64,000 nucleotides of DNA from Curvularia clavata (Eukaryota): positions 2,046,001 through 2,110,000 of the forward strand of contig CP089276.1 in NCBI GenBank assembly GCA_023920165.1, read 5' to 3'. A program made the position numbers and the translations under genes. Positions within the stretch are counted from its first letter, which is position 1. The number at the start of each line of letters is the position of its first letter. The notes beneath the pieces are model-generated. The model made no database searches. It was given only the letters and a program-made list of their open reading frames with translations, and was not told the DNA's origin. This document shows, in pieces, positions 11,487 to 23,505 of this stretch.

Positions 11487-12800
11487 ATGTCATTTGCCAT
11501 CACCAGCGCTGCGGGCCTTGCGCGACTTTCACCAGCATCGCGACGCGCCTCTACGGGCTTCTTTCTGTTTGCTCTTTCCGCCTCGCCAATGGTAGCACCT
11601 GCCTCGACAAACCGCAGTACGGGCGTCCCCTTGCACCGAAGTCCAAGCTACGCACAGCCAACCTGCCCCCTCAACAGAGACACCTCGCCGGCCACAGTCG
11701 GCTTACGATCATTCCACTCGGCCTCGCACAATTGGCAGAGCATGCCGCGATACTCCTACCATGTTGCTGCCTCCTACTCGGCCAAGCAGGACAACTTTGA
11801 CGCCGAGCAGAACCTGTACACGCGTCCATTGTATGACCCCAGGAAAAGTAAGATTGAGGACCTGCGCGAGTGCAAAGAGGCCATAGACAAGCGGAAGCGC
11901 GCAAGAAGCGGCCAGGACGCCTTCTTCTTCAGCCAGGTGGGTAACACAGACACCACGACATTCGGCGTGGCAGATGGAGTTGGGGGCTGGGTCGAGTCTG
12001 GTCTCGACCCCGCCGACTTCTCCCATGGCTTGTGTGAGTACATGGCCTGCGCAGCGCGCTCATGGCCACACGGATTCAACACAGCATCGTTACACCCAAA
12101 GGACCTGCTCCAGGTTGCCTACGACGAGGTCACAGATGACGCCAGTATTGAGGGTGGTGGCAGCACCGCATGCCTAGCTGTCGCAGAACCAGACGGCCAT
12201 GTTGAAGTCGCCAATTTAGGCGACTCGGGCTTCATGCACTTGGGTCTCAATGCAGTGCGACATTTTACACAGCCCCAGACGCATGCCTTCAACACGCCCT
12301 ACCAGCTCTCAAAGACGCCCCAGCGCATGCTGGTGCAGATGGCCGTTTTCGGAGGCCCCACTACACTCTCGGATCTACCAAAGGAGTCGAGTGTAACCCA
12401 CCACAAAGTGCGCCATGGGGATGTCCTCGTCTTTGCAACGGATGGTGTGTGGGATAATCTCAGCCCGCAGGATGTACTGGGCATTGTCAGCCGCCACATG
12501 GTCGAGCTTGGCGCTTGGGTCGAGAAGGACGGCACAATTGTAGTTGGAAAGAACCTAGCAAAGCTGGTACAGGCCAACTCGACTCGCAAGGCGGACAGTT
12601 CCTCGCTTCAAGCAAAGGTCGCCGTTGCGATTGCAAAGGAGGCCAAGGTGACGGGGCTCAATACTCGCCGAGATGGGCCCTTTGCCAAAGAGGTGCAGCG
12701 ATACTACCCAGGGGAAAATTGGCACGGCGGCAAACCAGACGACATTGCTGCCGTGGTAGCCGTCGTGCTCGAGGATGCCCCTCCACGAGCAAAGCTGTGA
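11487..12800 (+). CDS. PTC7: PP2C-family protein phosphatase, PTC7/Azr1 type; single exon
   Basis: Motifs GQDAFF, FGVADGVGGW, VANLGDSG, QTHAFNTPYQL, FATDGVWDN, GGKPDDI. First in-frame ATG at 11487 (alternatives 11589, 11742). Protein ends -PRAKL. Confidence 0.88.
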   Translation: MSFAITSAAGLARLSPASRRASTGFFLFALSASPMVAPASTNRSTGVPLHRSPSYAQPTCPLNRDTSPATVGLRSFHSASHNWQSMPRYSYHVAASYSAKQDNFDAEQNLYTRPLYDPRKSKIEDLRECKEAIDKRKRARSGQDAFFFSQVGNTDTTTFGVADGVGGWVESGLDPADFSHGLCEYMACAARSWPHGFNTASLHPKDLLQVAYDEVTDDASIEGGGSTACLAVAEPDGHVEVANLGDSGFMHLGLNAVRHFTQPQTHAFNTPYQLSKTPQRMLVQMAVFGGPTTLSDLPKESSVTHHKVRHGDVLVFATDGVWDNLSPQDVLGIVSRHMVELGAWVEKDGTIVVGKNLAKLVQANSTRKADSSSLQAKVAVAIAKEAKVTGLNTRRDGPFAKEVQRYYPGENWHGGKPDDIAAVVAVVLEDAPPRAKL

Positions 12801-13655
12801 TCATTTGTAAGACCTACCGTTTGGATGCACGGCTAGGCAATGGCGTTTTGGAGAAAGATTTGCACAATCGGGATCGGGGCGTGATTGTACACAAAGCTCA
12901 AAAAGACATGATTTCAACGGCTTTTCTGCCTACGCAGTATCTTTTACCAAGCCTTTCGGTTTGGCATAGATTATTGGTTGCTGTTTGTGTCGCTACAGCG
13001 CGTTTCTATTCGATAGATGTCCGCGGGCAGGAAGATGAGAGGCCGGGCGCCACATTACTAAGCTATAGAGTATATACACGTTTTGAGGCTGCGAGGTGGT
13101 GTTCAAAACTTGGTTACTATCTTTCTACAAAGCTTGCGAGAAGACTCTTGAGACTATCGACCTTGAGTGATTTGCGCATTGACACAAGTCCATGCTTGAT
13201 GACTACATTGAGCCGAAAGGCTCGGAAAGGGATGTTTGCAATGTTATGGCGTCGAGTACAATGCCTTTGCATGGTTATTGAGACCACGACATGTTAATCG
13301 AGTAAAGTTTGTCGCATGTAAGCTGTATAGTGAATATCCCGATGTTTGCAAACTCTACGCAATTCACACGGGGGTCCTCGAGTCCCTACCATAGGCGTTT
13401 TGGCCATGTTTGTTTACTGTCATGCTGTGGTTGCCCGGCAACAGGACCACGCGAGAGCAAGGATTGGCCGGTGCGCGCCATGAATGTCAACGTCCAAACT
13501 CAACCACTACCAACAGAATCTCTACGACGAACAGCTTTCTCCCCTCCTGGGCCTTATGTATGCGCAACTAACACTACAGCTTTCAATCGCTATCCACATT
13601 ACCCAACCAACACGCATATAGCGACGCGCACCTTTCATCCCGTCGCGACACTCGA

Positions 13656-15510
13656 ATGGCTACCGGATCTCCTACGCCGCTAGGCGGCTCCTCATATGGG
13701 CGCATGCGCGCACACTCGTCGATACGACCCCGGAGAGACTCTCCGCTCTCTGCGCTGGGTCAATCACAGGGCTTCTCCGCCGATCCGCCTATGATGCAGA
13801 ACATCGACATTGGCGACAGCTCTGACGACGAGATGCCCCAACCTATGAAGCTTAGCGCCTTGACAGCAGCTCTACTTGCGCAAGGCAACGATGTCGAGTC
13901 ACCAGAGAAGAGGAAGCCTAAGCTCAAAATCTCGCGCAATGATTCACCCTCAGCAAGTACAACCGTCCAAGACTCCGTCACACCCGCACCAAGTCTACGG
14001 ATAAAACGAGTTCCACTACGAGGCGCACCGATGAGGAGGCTGCGCAGAACCCCACAGAGCGGAGAAGAGAACCCTGCCTCACAAGACCAGGAGAACATGC
14101 CTGCCTCAGCCATCAAAGCGCAGCCAGAAAACATCCCTGACTCTGTCATGAAAGCCACCGACTCCGTAATGAAGGTCGCGGAGGACCGTCATATGCAATC
14201 TCCTCCACAACACCAGTCGCCTATACAGAGATCTTCGAGCCAGCAGGAAAAGCCCATGCCACTACAGTCAATGAGCGCAAATACACCACGACGACCAGCA
14301 CCTCCACCACCACCAAAGATGTCTGTACTCGAGACAGCAACCACGGCGGCTGGAGCTGCCACTACCAAGACAAGAGAGAGGAAAAAGAGGGTCACGCTTT
14401 CAGTCAATGGAAAGCACTACTCTCAGATGGATCGGATAGGCCGAGGTGGTAGCTCTGCAGTCTACCGTGTCATGGCAGAGAACTTCAAGACTTTGGCGCT
14501 GAAGAGAGTCAAGCTTGAAGATGCCGACGAGGCCGCTGTGCGAGGTTTCAAGGGCGAAATTGATTTGCTGCAAAAACTCAAGAATGTCGACCGAGTTGTA
14601 CGACTGTACGACTGGGAAGTAGACGAGCAACGCCAAGTGCTCAGTGTGGTATGTGGCTTTTGTCTGGCATTCAAATCTACCAGCTAACATCTTGCAGCTC
14701 ATGGAACTCGGAGAGTCAGATTTGGCGCGCATAATACGAATGAAGCTTGACCCGGCTGATGGCGATGGCAAGCTCGATCTCAGCTTCACACGCTACTACT
14801 GGAAGGAGATGCTCGAGTGCGTTGGCGCCGTCCACGACCACGACATTGTGCACTCGGATCTCAAGCCTGCAAACTTTCTCCTCACTTCTGGCCGCTTAAA
14901 GCTCATCGACTTCGGCATCGCCAACGCCATTGAAGTCGACCACACTGTCAATGTACACCGCGACTCGCATATCGGCACACCAAACTATATGTCGCCCGAG
15001 TCCCTCGAAGACTCTGCTGGCGGTGCTCGCGGTCTCCTCAGCAACGGCAACGGCTCCAAAGACATGGCTCTCGGTAAGCCATCCGATGTATGGAGTCTCG
15101 GCTGCATACTGTACCAAATGGTCTACGGCCGCCCTCCCTTTGCGCACATTGCCAACCAAATGGCCCGCGTCCTCGCCATTGTAAACCGCGACTACAAAAT
15201 CGAATTCCCAGACCTCGGCGTCGGTGACGTCCGCATCCCGCCGGGTCTCAAAGCCACCATGCGCCGCTGCCTGAACCGCGACCCTGCGCGCCGTCCAAAC
15301 ATTGCCCAGCTCCTTGACGAACGCGATCCATTCCTGTACCCTGACGGCGGCGATGACCTTAAGATTCCGCAGGAGCTGCTCGGCCAGATTATCCAGCGTG
15401 TTGCGGATCGCTTCAGGGACCCGAATAAACCTGCTCCTACTGACGACGAGATTCGGCAGTACCCAGCTAGTTTCTACGAGAAGATACGACAGTTGCTGGA
15501 AAGTGAATAG
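13656..15510 (+). CDS. MPS1: Spindle checkpoint kinase Mps1/Mph1; 2 exons
   Basis: Intron 14649-14697 (GTATGT...GCTAAC...CAG) joins LSV|LMELGESDL. Kinase motifs IGRGGSSAVY, ALKRV, GEIDLL, VHSDLKPANFL, LIDFGIA, GTPNYMSPE, GKPSDVWSLGCILYQMVYG are typical of the TTK/Mps1 family. Confidence 0.92.
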
Positions 15511-16064
15511 AGAGGGACAGACGACTTCTGCTCGTCAGCTTTCTGACATTCTTCACCTCTCTCGCATCTTTTTCTCCACCTATCTCCACCTCATTGTTTT
15601 TCCTTTCTCTGGGTTCAAAAGGCGTTTCCGTTTGCATCGCGGAGAGAGTGAGAAGGGTGTTTCTTTTTCTTCTGTTGCGCTTAACGATCATGACTGGTGC
15701 TTTGGCGCTCGTGGGCTGTTGCATGTCCTCATTGTTGTTTTTTTTGGTCTTGTTTTGTCTATCATCTCCTGAGCTACCTACCTACTTGTCTCTTATGTGC
15801 GTTCAAGCGGTCACCTCCATTCTTTTTGTATAGTCACGGCACAGTACGTTGCTTTCCTATGTCAGGATACGCTTTTAATGCTTCATGATGGGTTGGGACT
15901 TCACAGTTGCTTCTTTGTACATATCATCGTGTTGCAGTTGGAGAAGAGTTTGACTTTGTCAATTGACTACATACATCCGACTCACTGATTCATTCCCATT
16001 TGTTTCCTCGGCATGTGAACTTGACGGCGTGATACTACCGTCCCCTTTTGAAGATGAGACTCCT

Positions 16065-17000
16065 TCACATGAGTACCAGCTCGCTGCTACATTCGATATT
16101 GTGGTTCCAGTCAAGTTCATATCTATCTTGACCGGCAACACACTCCTTACAGGGATCGCAGTCTTGGATCGTGAGCGAGATGTCGGCCCGTCCCTCCTCG
16201 TTTAACACCTCCGAGGTCTGCCTGAAGAAGCCATCGGCAATAGACAGAAACTTGTGGTCGTACCACATCAGAATAAGCTTCTTGAGGCGCGGAAGCTTGC
16301 CAATGGTTTTGACTTCCTGAAGAAACCACTCGCGGAGCTTGAGGTCGGGGTCGCGGTACAGGTCCATCTTCTCGGTGTAAAGTCGCACACTGGTAATGCT
16401 GGCCATCTGCCAGTCATGTAGATGGTTGAACATGGCGGCGTCCACTTTGCCAGACCAGCCACGGAAGGTGTTAATAGAGAAGGGTATAGTCCGGGCCTCG
16501 TGGTAGATCTGTCGGCACACGTGCAGAAGAGACAAGTACGACTTTGGATACTTCCAGCGAGGGTTGATGATGGACTTATCCCCGACACGGATGACAAGGA
16601 CGGCAAAGACGTATTCAAAAATCTTAACGCGTAGCTCGGCGGGTAGTCTCAAGAGCGGGGAGGCATGCTGGTTCTCGACGTATCTTGGGGAATAGGTGTT
16701 GGCAATCACGGTGCATGATACATGATATATGATATATAGTGTGTGGTGTAGGTGTAGGTGTAGGTGTAGGTGTAGATGAGGGGGACGTTGTGTGGTGCAT
16801 GGGAATGGTGCATAGTGTATAGTGCATGGTGTATGATGGGTGGTGGAAAGTAAATGGTGGGTGCGGTGTGTGGGGATGGTGGAAAGGGTAAGGAGAGTGG
16901 ATACTTACATAGAGTCGAGGTATGCCTCGCACGACACCAAACGACGGTATGCTTGCAAAGAGAGTGGGTCGGATTGCGCTCTGGCCCGGTTGGCGGCCAT
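16065..17000 (-). CDS. Fungal F-box-like protein (SPLLRLPAELR...LLxVCRQIYxEA family), paralog 1; 2 exons
   Basis: ATG 17000 (MAANRARAQSDPLSLQAYRRLVSCEAYLDS). Donor GTAAGT at 16908 and an AAG acceptor ending at 16684 give ...LDSIYVENQHASPLLRLPAELRVKIFEY. AAG acceptors are less common, so this junction is tentative. Confidence 0.72.
16745..16774 (+). repeat. (GGTGTA)5 microsatellite inside the predicted intron
   Basis: Five exact hexamer copies, within a low-complexity TG/TA-rich intron. Confidence 0.85.
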
Positions 17001-17771
17001 GGCTGCAATTTGAGTTGAGTTGAGTTGCGTCGAGTTTAGTGGAAGAGAGGAGACAAGGCGGCAGAAGCGTGGACGCAGTTTCTATACCGTATAATAAGTG
17101 CCAGCCAGCAAACGGACAACAAGCGAAAGTGGAAGAGGTGGGAGGCGGTCGACAAGCGGCTTCGGTTTGAAGTGAATGTGAGTAGAAAGGGCAGCCGCGG
17201 TGAGAGTGCGGCAAGCAAGGGGGACGACTGGGTGCTCCAAACCGCGTGGGGATGTCTCAGATCGAGCTGCAGACCACGGTTGTGCCATCGCTCCCTTATT
17301 TTTCTCCTGATTCAGACCGTTGATGTTCACGTCGGCTTGCTTTGCTTGGAGGAGGTTCTGCTATCTGAAGGTAGGAAGCGACTTCGGAGCGCATCCTCAC
17401 GTCCTACCGAACACTGCTTGCGGATGCACTTTCCCTAGACCTGACGCGAATGAGAGTCACGGGCTGAGTTAGAGCACTCCAGAACGCACAAAGGTTTGTT
17501 AGGCGTTGAGTGTGCAAGTGATGCATGTTTTCATAGCCATAGGGCCGTCTTTCGCACTTTCGCGAGATCTTACATATCTCGCCTTAGTGCTGGGTGCCAA
17601 CTTTGGGCGTGGCCTCTGAATGTACACTACTTATAACATGGCACTTGAGCTTAATCGCCCGGTGGTATTGTGCAGTAATCTATAATAGCTCCCTGCGCTC
17701 AAATTTCTCGAATATTCACCGTTCTATATGTCTAAAATTGACCTCCTGCTCAGCGGATGTCCGTTGTGAGA

Positions 17772-18618
17772 TTACACCAAGAAAGACACCAACCTCTTCT
17801 TTTCATCCACTATTTGTGCAGAGTCGGCCTCAAAATCCGCTACATCATCGCAGCCCACTACGACAACCGCAATATCGTTTGCTTCCCTAATCCGCTCAAG
17901 CTCGTCCTCGATTAGGATAGTCAGCCTCCCTTCCACCATCGCCCAGTCATAGTCCCAGTCGTGCGGACCAACCCACTCGACAGTGAGTTTGCGCAGCCCG
18001 CGAAGATGGCCCAGGACTCGTAACGTTGCAAGAGCATCTTGACTGAGATCTACACTTGGACTTCGGCGGCCAAGAGCCGGATAGTAAATCACATCGCTAT
18101 ATTCAAAATACACACGGATATTGGTGATGGCGCTGACCTGAGCGTCAGTCAGGCGGTAATATACAGCCAGCTGCACGTCCCAATGGTAGCCATGGAACTC
18201 ATTTAGCGAAAATGGCAGCAGCCTCGCCTCACTGTGTATTTGGCGGCATGTAGTCAGTAGTGCTAAATGCCGTTTTCGGAGGTGAAAATAGGTGGCGAGA
18301 TTGAGTTTTCGTCCACGAGTGCGACATTTATGTCGGCGTTGGCAATCCCTCGTGTTGCACACACGAATCTGTATGCCACCGAGTACATGGCGGTAAATTA
18401 GTTCCCGAAGGTTGGTGGGAAGACGGAGGAATGTCGAATCTTGTTCGATGTCGCTGGTGCTAGATTACGTAAGACAGGTGTAAACAAGTAAACATAACAA
18501 CGACGCGCACATACACCGTGTCACACTCGTCTGCTTCATAGGTGTGCGCAGAATGGTCATAGGTGTTCGGGAATGAACGCCTGGACAGGCGCCGCTTCAG
18601 TCGATGGAGAGAATCCAT
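17772..18618 (-). CDS. Fungal F-box-like protein, paralog 2; 2 exons
   Basis: ATG 18618 (MDSLHRLKRRLSRRSF...). Intron 18460-18514 (GTATGT...TAG) gives ...DTVTSDIEQDSTFLRLPTNLRELIYRHVLGG, continuing into ORF 17772..18362 with LLTTCRQIHSEARLLPFSLNEF. Confidence 0.75.
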
Positions 18619-19091
18619 CGCTGTGGGCTAGAAGAGAAGACAAGAGCGAAGGTAGAAAGGGTGGGGAAGTATCCAATCGGCAGACATGCTTGTGTGGAAC
18701 AGTGAGTGTGAGATTTCTGTGATGTTATGGCCTGTTAGCAGGGATGGTTATTCAGGGGTCGCTAAAATTAGGCTATCGCCATTTGATAAGATACCAGGGA
18801 GGAGGCGGGTCACGGGACCTGCAACTATATTAAATATCATAGAAGGATGCAACGGGAGAATTATGGTATGATCACTACTTTGAAATAGTTATAAATTACC
18901 TGCACAAACTACTCGTTTTGGAAAACACTAAAAGCGAAAACTGACCAGACGACATAGGAGGGGGGGGGGTTGCCCTAGGCGCAGAGACAGCTAGGAAATT
19001 TGAATACTGTGAAAGCATCCAAGCTTGTAGCAAGATTAGGGATATTTCACCTAATCGGTACAAGATCACTCAATCCAGTCGCTTCGTTGCT

Positions 19092-19813
19092 TTAATCCTT
19101 CTTCGAGATAGAAAAATCCCAATTATTCAAATAACCGGATCCAATCTAGTCGAGTGTTAGTTTGACAACTAGTAAACACATCACCGACAAGAGCTCTTAC
19201 GCATAGGTAGGTGGCGAAGCTGACCCAGCCGAGGTATGGTGCAAGCAGCCATCCACAGACAGGGTCGACTTGGCCCCAGACATTGATAAGGTAGGCGAGC
19301 GTGCCACCGAGAGCGAGAATGTCAACCGAAGCGGCAATGGGCTGTTTGATGCCAAAGTAGAGAGGTGTCCACAAAAGGTTCAAGGCGAGCTGGATAGAGT
19401 AGAGGGTCGCTCCGTGCTGTATTATGTCAGGTTGGTCGCCGGTGGTCACATGTCAATGGGACGATCGACGTACCTGGGCAAGGGCAACTGTGTTGGGGTT
19501 CAGCGAGGATGTGCCAGTGGTGTATGCGCGGTAAGCTGTGTAGCCCATGGTGGTATACAGGGCTGTCCAGACCGGGCCGAAGACATAGCCTGGTGGGTGC
19601 AGCGGGGGCTGCTTCAAGGCACGATATTGTGTCTGAGATACACTGGCTAATTGTCTACTGTCAGGCATCTTCGCAACTGCACCTGCTTGATGAAAACTTA
19701 CGACTGATGGCGAAGCCAGTAGCTGTTCCGCAGACAAGCGGCAGCAGAATGGATACTGCCGGGTTCTCGAAGACAAAGCTTGGGAGGGTGAGAGAGGGGA
19801 TGTAGGTTGTCAT
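19092..19813 (-). CDS. TspO/MBR translocator protein; 4 exons
   Basis: MTTYIPSLTLP start. Motifs YRALKQPPLHPPGYVFGPVWTALY, QLALNLLWTPLYFG, LLAPYLGWVSFATYLC. Three canonical introns. Last exon IGSGYLNNWDFSISKKD* with TAA at 19092-19094. Confidence 0.9.
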
Positions 19814-20680
19814 GGCGGCGATGAGGCTCTGCTGGAGCAATGGGATCAACGTGTACCTGCGCAACGCATGCAACGGCCCTGGATAAAGGTCCTTGTCCAA
19901 AGGGAAAAGCCGTCTGCACTCCACATGTCGTGATGATCTGGGCGTCGAGAGTCGAGTGGGCCGGCCAATCAGCTGCCTCGGCGTCGACGAGCACAACGCG
20001 TTCACGAGCGGCCCACTTTCCGCGCAGCCGTGGAACGCTAGTCCCGTCTCATCCGCCCTCGGCCTCCGCCGCGACCGACCTCACCCTTCCTTCTGCCATC
20101 TCCACGCCCACAGGCTTCGTGCAGCCCAGGAGTCACTTTAGCACATCGTGAGTGCACCATCTTCTCGTCCTTTGCCTCTTGCCCCAATTGTTCGTACCCC
20201 TTCCTTCCTCTTGTACAGCTATCTCCATAGCTCCCACAGCTTTGTCCCCGTGGCCCTGTGCCCCGGCCTCCAGCCACCTCTCTCAGCTTCCCGATGTGCG
20301 CCACTGCTCGTGTGCGATCAATCGCATCGCGTGCCTGTCGCCGTCGTCGTTGTCACTGTCCTCTTGTCGCTCCTTAGATACCTCCTCTCCCTCGTCACCA
20401 TTCACGCCCTTTTCCTGTCATCTTGTCTCTTATTTGTCCTCTCTCTGACCGAGCCATCATGGCAAACAGCTACCCAGCCCGACTGCCGGCCAAGCGTCCA
20501 ATATACTCCATCGCATTCTCCAGGCGAGATTGCGCGTTCGAGAGAGCAAAGTCTACGCGTCGAGTACCTACGGCCGCTTGATCGCGCTACCGGCCAACCA
20601 CCGGAACACCCCCGTCTTTCGCTCAGGGACCTAGACACCCGTCAACCCACGAGGCCCCCAGACCCTGCACATCCCCAATA

Positions 20681-23505
20681 ATGGATTCGTACACGTACGT
20701 CTATACTCACTTTGCTACGCGACAAACAACGCTGACAGTTTGGCAGTACTACTCACGAGGAGGTCAGGCCGCCCGCCGACTCATACAGACGCCGCTCACC
20801 AGGTAAGTGACATGCTCCAGTTTCGGGTTGGCACAATCTCATGGTCGTTTGCTCGGCGCATTGACGTGCAAATGCCTGTTGCCTCACTTTCCTGTCCTCC
20901 AGAACTCCTCCTCCTACGTTGCCTTAGCTAACATGTATTCCGCAGGCTCTGGAGACCGCAGAACTGGCAGAAGGCGATCGCGCTCACCCCAAAACATCGA
21001 CCGCTATCAACCCGACCGCGCCCGTGATTACGATGGACCTCGTCGTGATGGCAACCGTCGCCGCTCCTCTCCTCCGCCAGTGCAGGCTGGCATTGACCGA
21101 TATGTGCCGGGGCAAGACAACTTCGCACCGACATTTACAACGAACCCTGTTCCAAACCCAATGCACCTCGAATACCAGGTTGGCTTCAATTACTTCGCAG
21201 AGTGGTGGCGTGTTGAGCAACTTATGAAGGAAGAGAAGGAACGCGCCAAGAACGGCGGTCGTAAACCTGGTCTTAAAGGCGAACGCGAAGCCCGTGAGGA
21301 GCGTGGCAAGGAGCGCGAGCAGATTCAGGCAGCGTACGACGAATACAAGGAAAAGCTGCAGGTACAGATGGCCAAGACATTTGTAGAAAAACATAAGAAC
21401 GACGAGTGGTTCAAGGAGCGATACGACCCTGACTACGACTTGGCCTTCAAGGAGAAGCTCCGCCAGTACCGCCATGGTATTTACGAGGAGTGGGAGCGTC
21501 AGATTGACGAAGGTTACTTTGACGAATTCACACTCGAGGGCATTTACAAGAATGACTCGAATGGAGCTGGTGGCATCGTCGAGAAGGAGGAGGGAGAGAC
21601 AACTGCAGCCAACGAAGTTTTGGGGGTTGGTGATCTTCTGCCCTGCAAAGGCGGCGAAATCCGCGACGAGACTGCTTTCCAGCCAACCCTGCTCATCAAG
21701 ACAATTGCGCCAACGGTCAACCGCGAGAAAGTCGAGGAGTTTTGCAAAGAGCATTTGGGAGAGGGCCCTGGTGGTTTCAAGTGGCTGAGCATGAGCGATC
21801 CGAACCCACTCAAAAAGTGCCATCGTATTGGCTGGGTCATTCTCAACCCTGACGAGGAGCAGCCAATGGTCATTGATGATCGCGGTGATGGACGCGACAT
21901 GGATGACGAAGAAGGCACCATGGAAGACAAGCCTGAGGTTACCCAAGGGCAGCAGAGTACCGCTCACAAGGCTCTCGAGGCCCTCAATGGAAAGACAGTA
22001 AATGATGAAGTACGGGGCAACTTTACATGTCACGTTGGTATCCACGAGCCGCCTGCTGCCCCTCGCAAGAAGGCACTCTGGGATCTCTTCTCTGCGCCTG
22101 AGCGGATCGAGCGTGATCTCGAACTTGCAGAGCGACTGGTCAGGAAGCTCGATTCTGAGCTCAAGGCAGGCCATGAAGAGCAGTTCTTGAATGTTGATGG
22201 TGTCAGCAAAATCGAGCAGCGGGTCGAGGACCTGCGTGTCAAAGGCTGGCTGCAGCCCCCCGCAAATGCGCCAGCTCCTATCAAGAAGGAGCGAGACCCA
22301 GAAGAACTGGAAGAAGGCGAAGATGAAACAATGGAGGACGACGAGGGTACATTCGACGATGAAGTCGATGACGAGGAGTTGCTGGTCAAGAAGAAGAAGT
22401 TGGACCTTCTCATCGAGTACCTGCGACGAGTGTACAACTTCTGCTTCTTCTGCGTTTTCGAGAGTGACTCAGTTCATGAGCTGATTCGCAAATGCGCAGG
22501 AGGACATCTCCGCCGGCCCCGCGCCAGCTTGACTACAGCTGCAAAGGCAACGGCAAGGGCGACCGCTTCTGGAGAGCCTTTCCCTTACAGGAAACAAGAG
22601 TCCTCGGGTGATGCTGAGAACGGAGAGAACGGCAGTCCAGTACAAGAGCGCAAGCCTATGCGTTTGAGTACGAAGAACCAGCAACAACTCCAACGAGCTT
22701 TCAATTGGGTCAAGACATATGAAGAAAAACTCCTTCAACTGCTCGAGCCCGAGAACGTTGACATTCGCAAGCTCGGCGGCAAGCCCCTGGATGAAGCACT
22801 TGAGGACGAGCTTTCTCGATACGTCAAGCAAGAAGACGAGTCCAAGTGGCGTTGCAAAGTTCCAGAGTGCACAAAGTTATTCAAGGGCGAGCACTTTTGG
22901 CGAAAGCATATTGAGAAGCGTCACCAAGAGTGGCTTGAACAACTACAGAAAGATGTGAGTATTCGCGAGGATTGTCCAAGGGTGATTATGCTAACATAGC
23001 ACAGCTGCGCCTTGTGAACGCCTACGTTCTTGATCCTGCACACATTGCCCCGTCTCGCAGTGATGCCAATAGCAATGGTCACTTCCCTATGGGCAACCAT
23101 GTTCAGGCTACTGGAACCCCGCGTGGATTCAACCTGGCCAACATGAGCATGGCAATGGCAGGCAACGGAATGCAGAGCGGAATGCACATGGGCGGCATGT
23201 TCAATCCTGCCATGGGTGGCACCTGGGACCCTGCAGCTCACGATGACCGTGCTGGCCCTATGCGACGAGGTGGCCAGCGCTTCAATAGCCGCACAGGGCC
23301 TTATGACCGGCAGTCCCGGGATGCCCGTGGTCGACCTGCCGTCAATGGCGGCCGCCTAACTCCCCCACGCGGTACCCGCCCAGGCACTCAGCGATACGGC
23401 GAAGGCGGCCCAGGACCGGTACAGTCTGTACAGGGTCGGTCGATCAAGAGTTACGAGGACCTAGATGCTGTCGGTGGAGGGGGCAGCGGAGAGCTCAATT
23501 ACTAA
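20681..23505 (+). CDS. ARS2: ARS2/SERRATE (nuclear cap-binding complex adaptor) homolog with C2H2 zinc finger; 4 coding exons
   Basis: Introns 20695-20746, 20803-20945 and 22955-23004 keep frame. Motifs FVEKHKNDEWFKERYDP, LDLLIEYLRRVYNFCFFC, KWRCKVPECTKLFKGEHFWRKHIEKRH, and C-terminal SYEDLDA...ELNY. Confidence 0.88.

Noticed and set aside
12515..13297. 260-aa ORF overlapping the end of PTC7
   Set aside because: Alternative frame of a real gene plus its 3' UTR, with a TTG start and no domain features.
20984..22174. 396-aa antisense ORF inside ARS2 (similar antisense ORFs occur in the bZIP, NOP14, ERG10 and SNU114 genes)
   Set aside because: Typical shadow ORFs produced by codon bias of GC-rich sense genes. 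The translations have no recognisable features.
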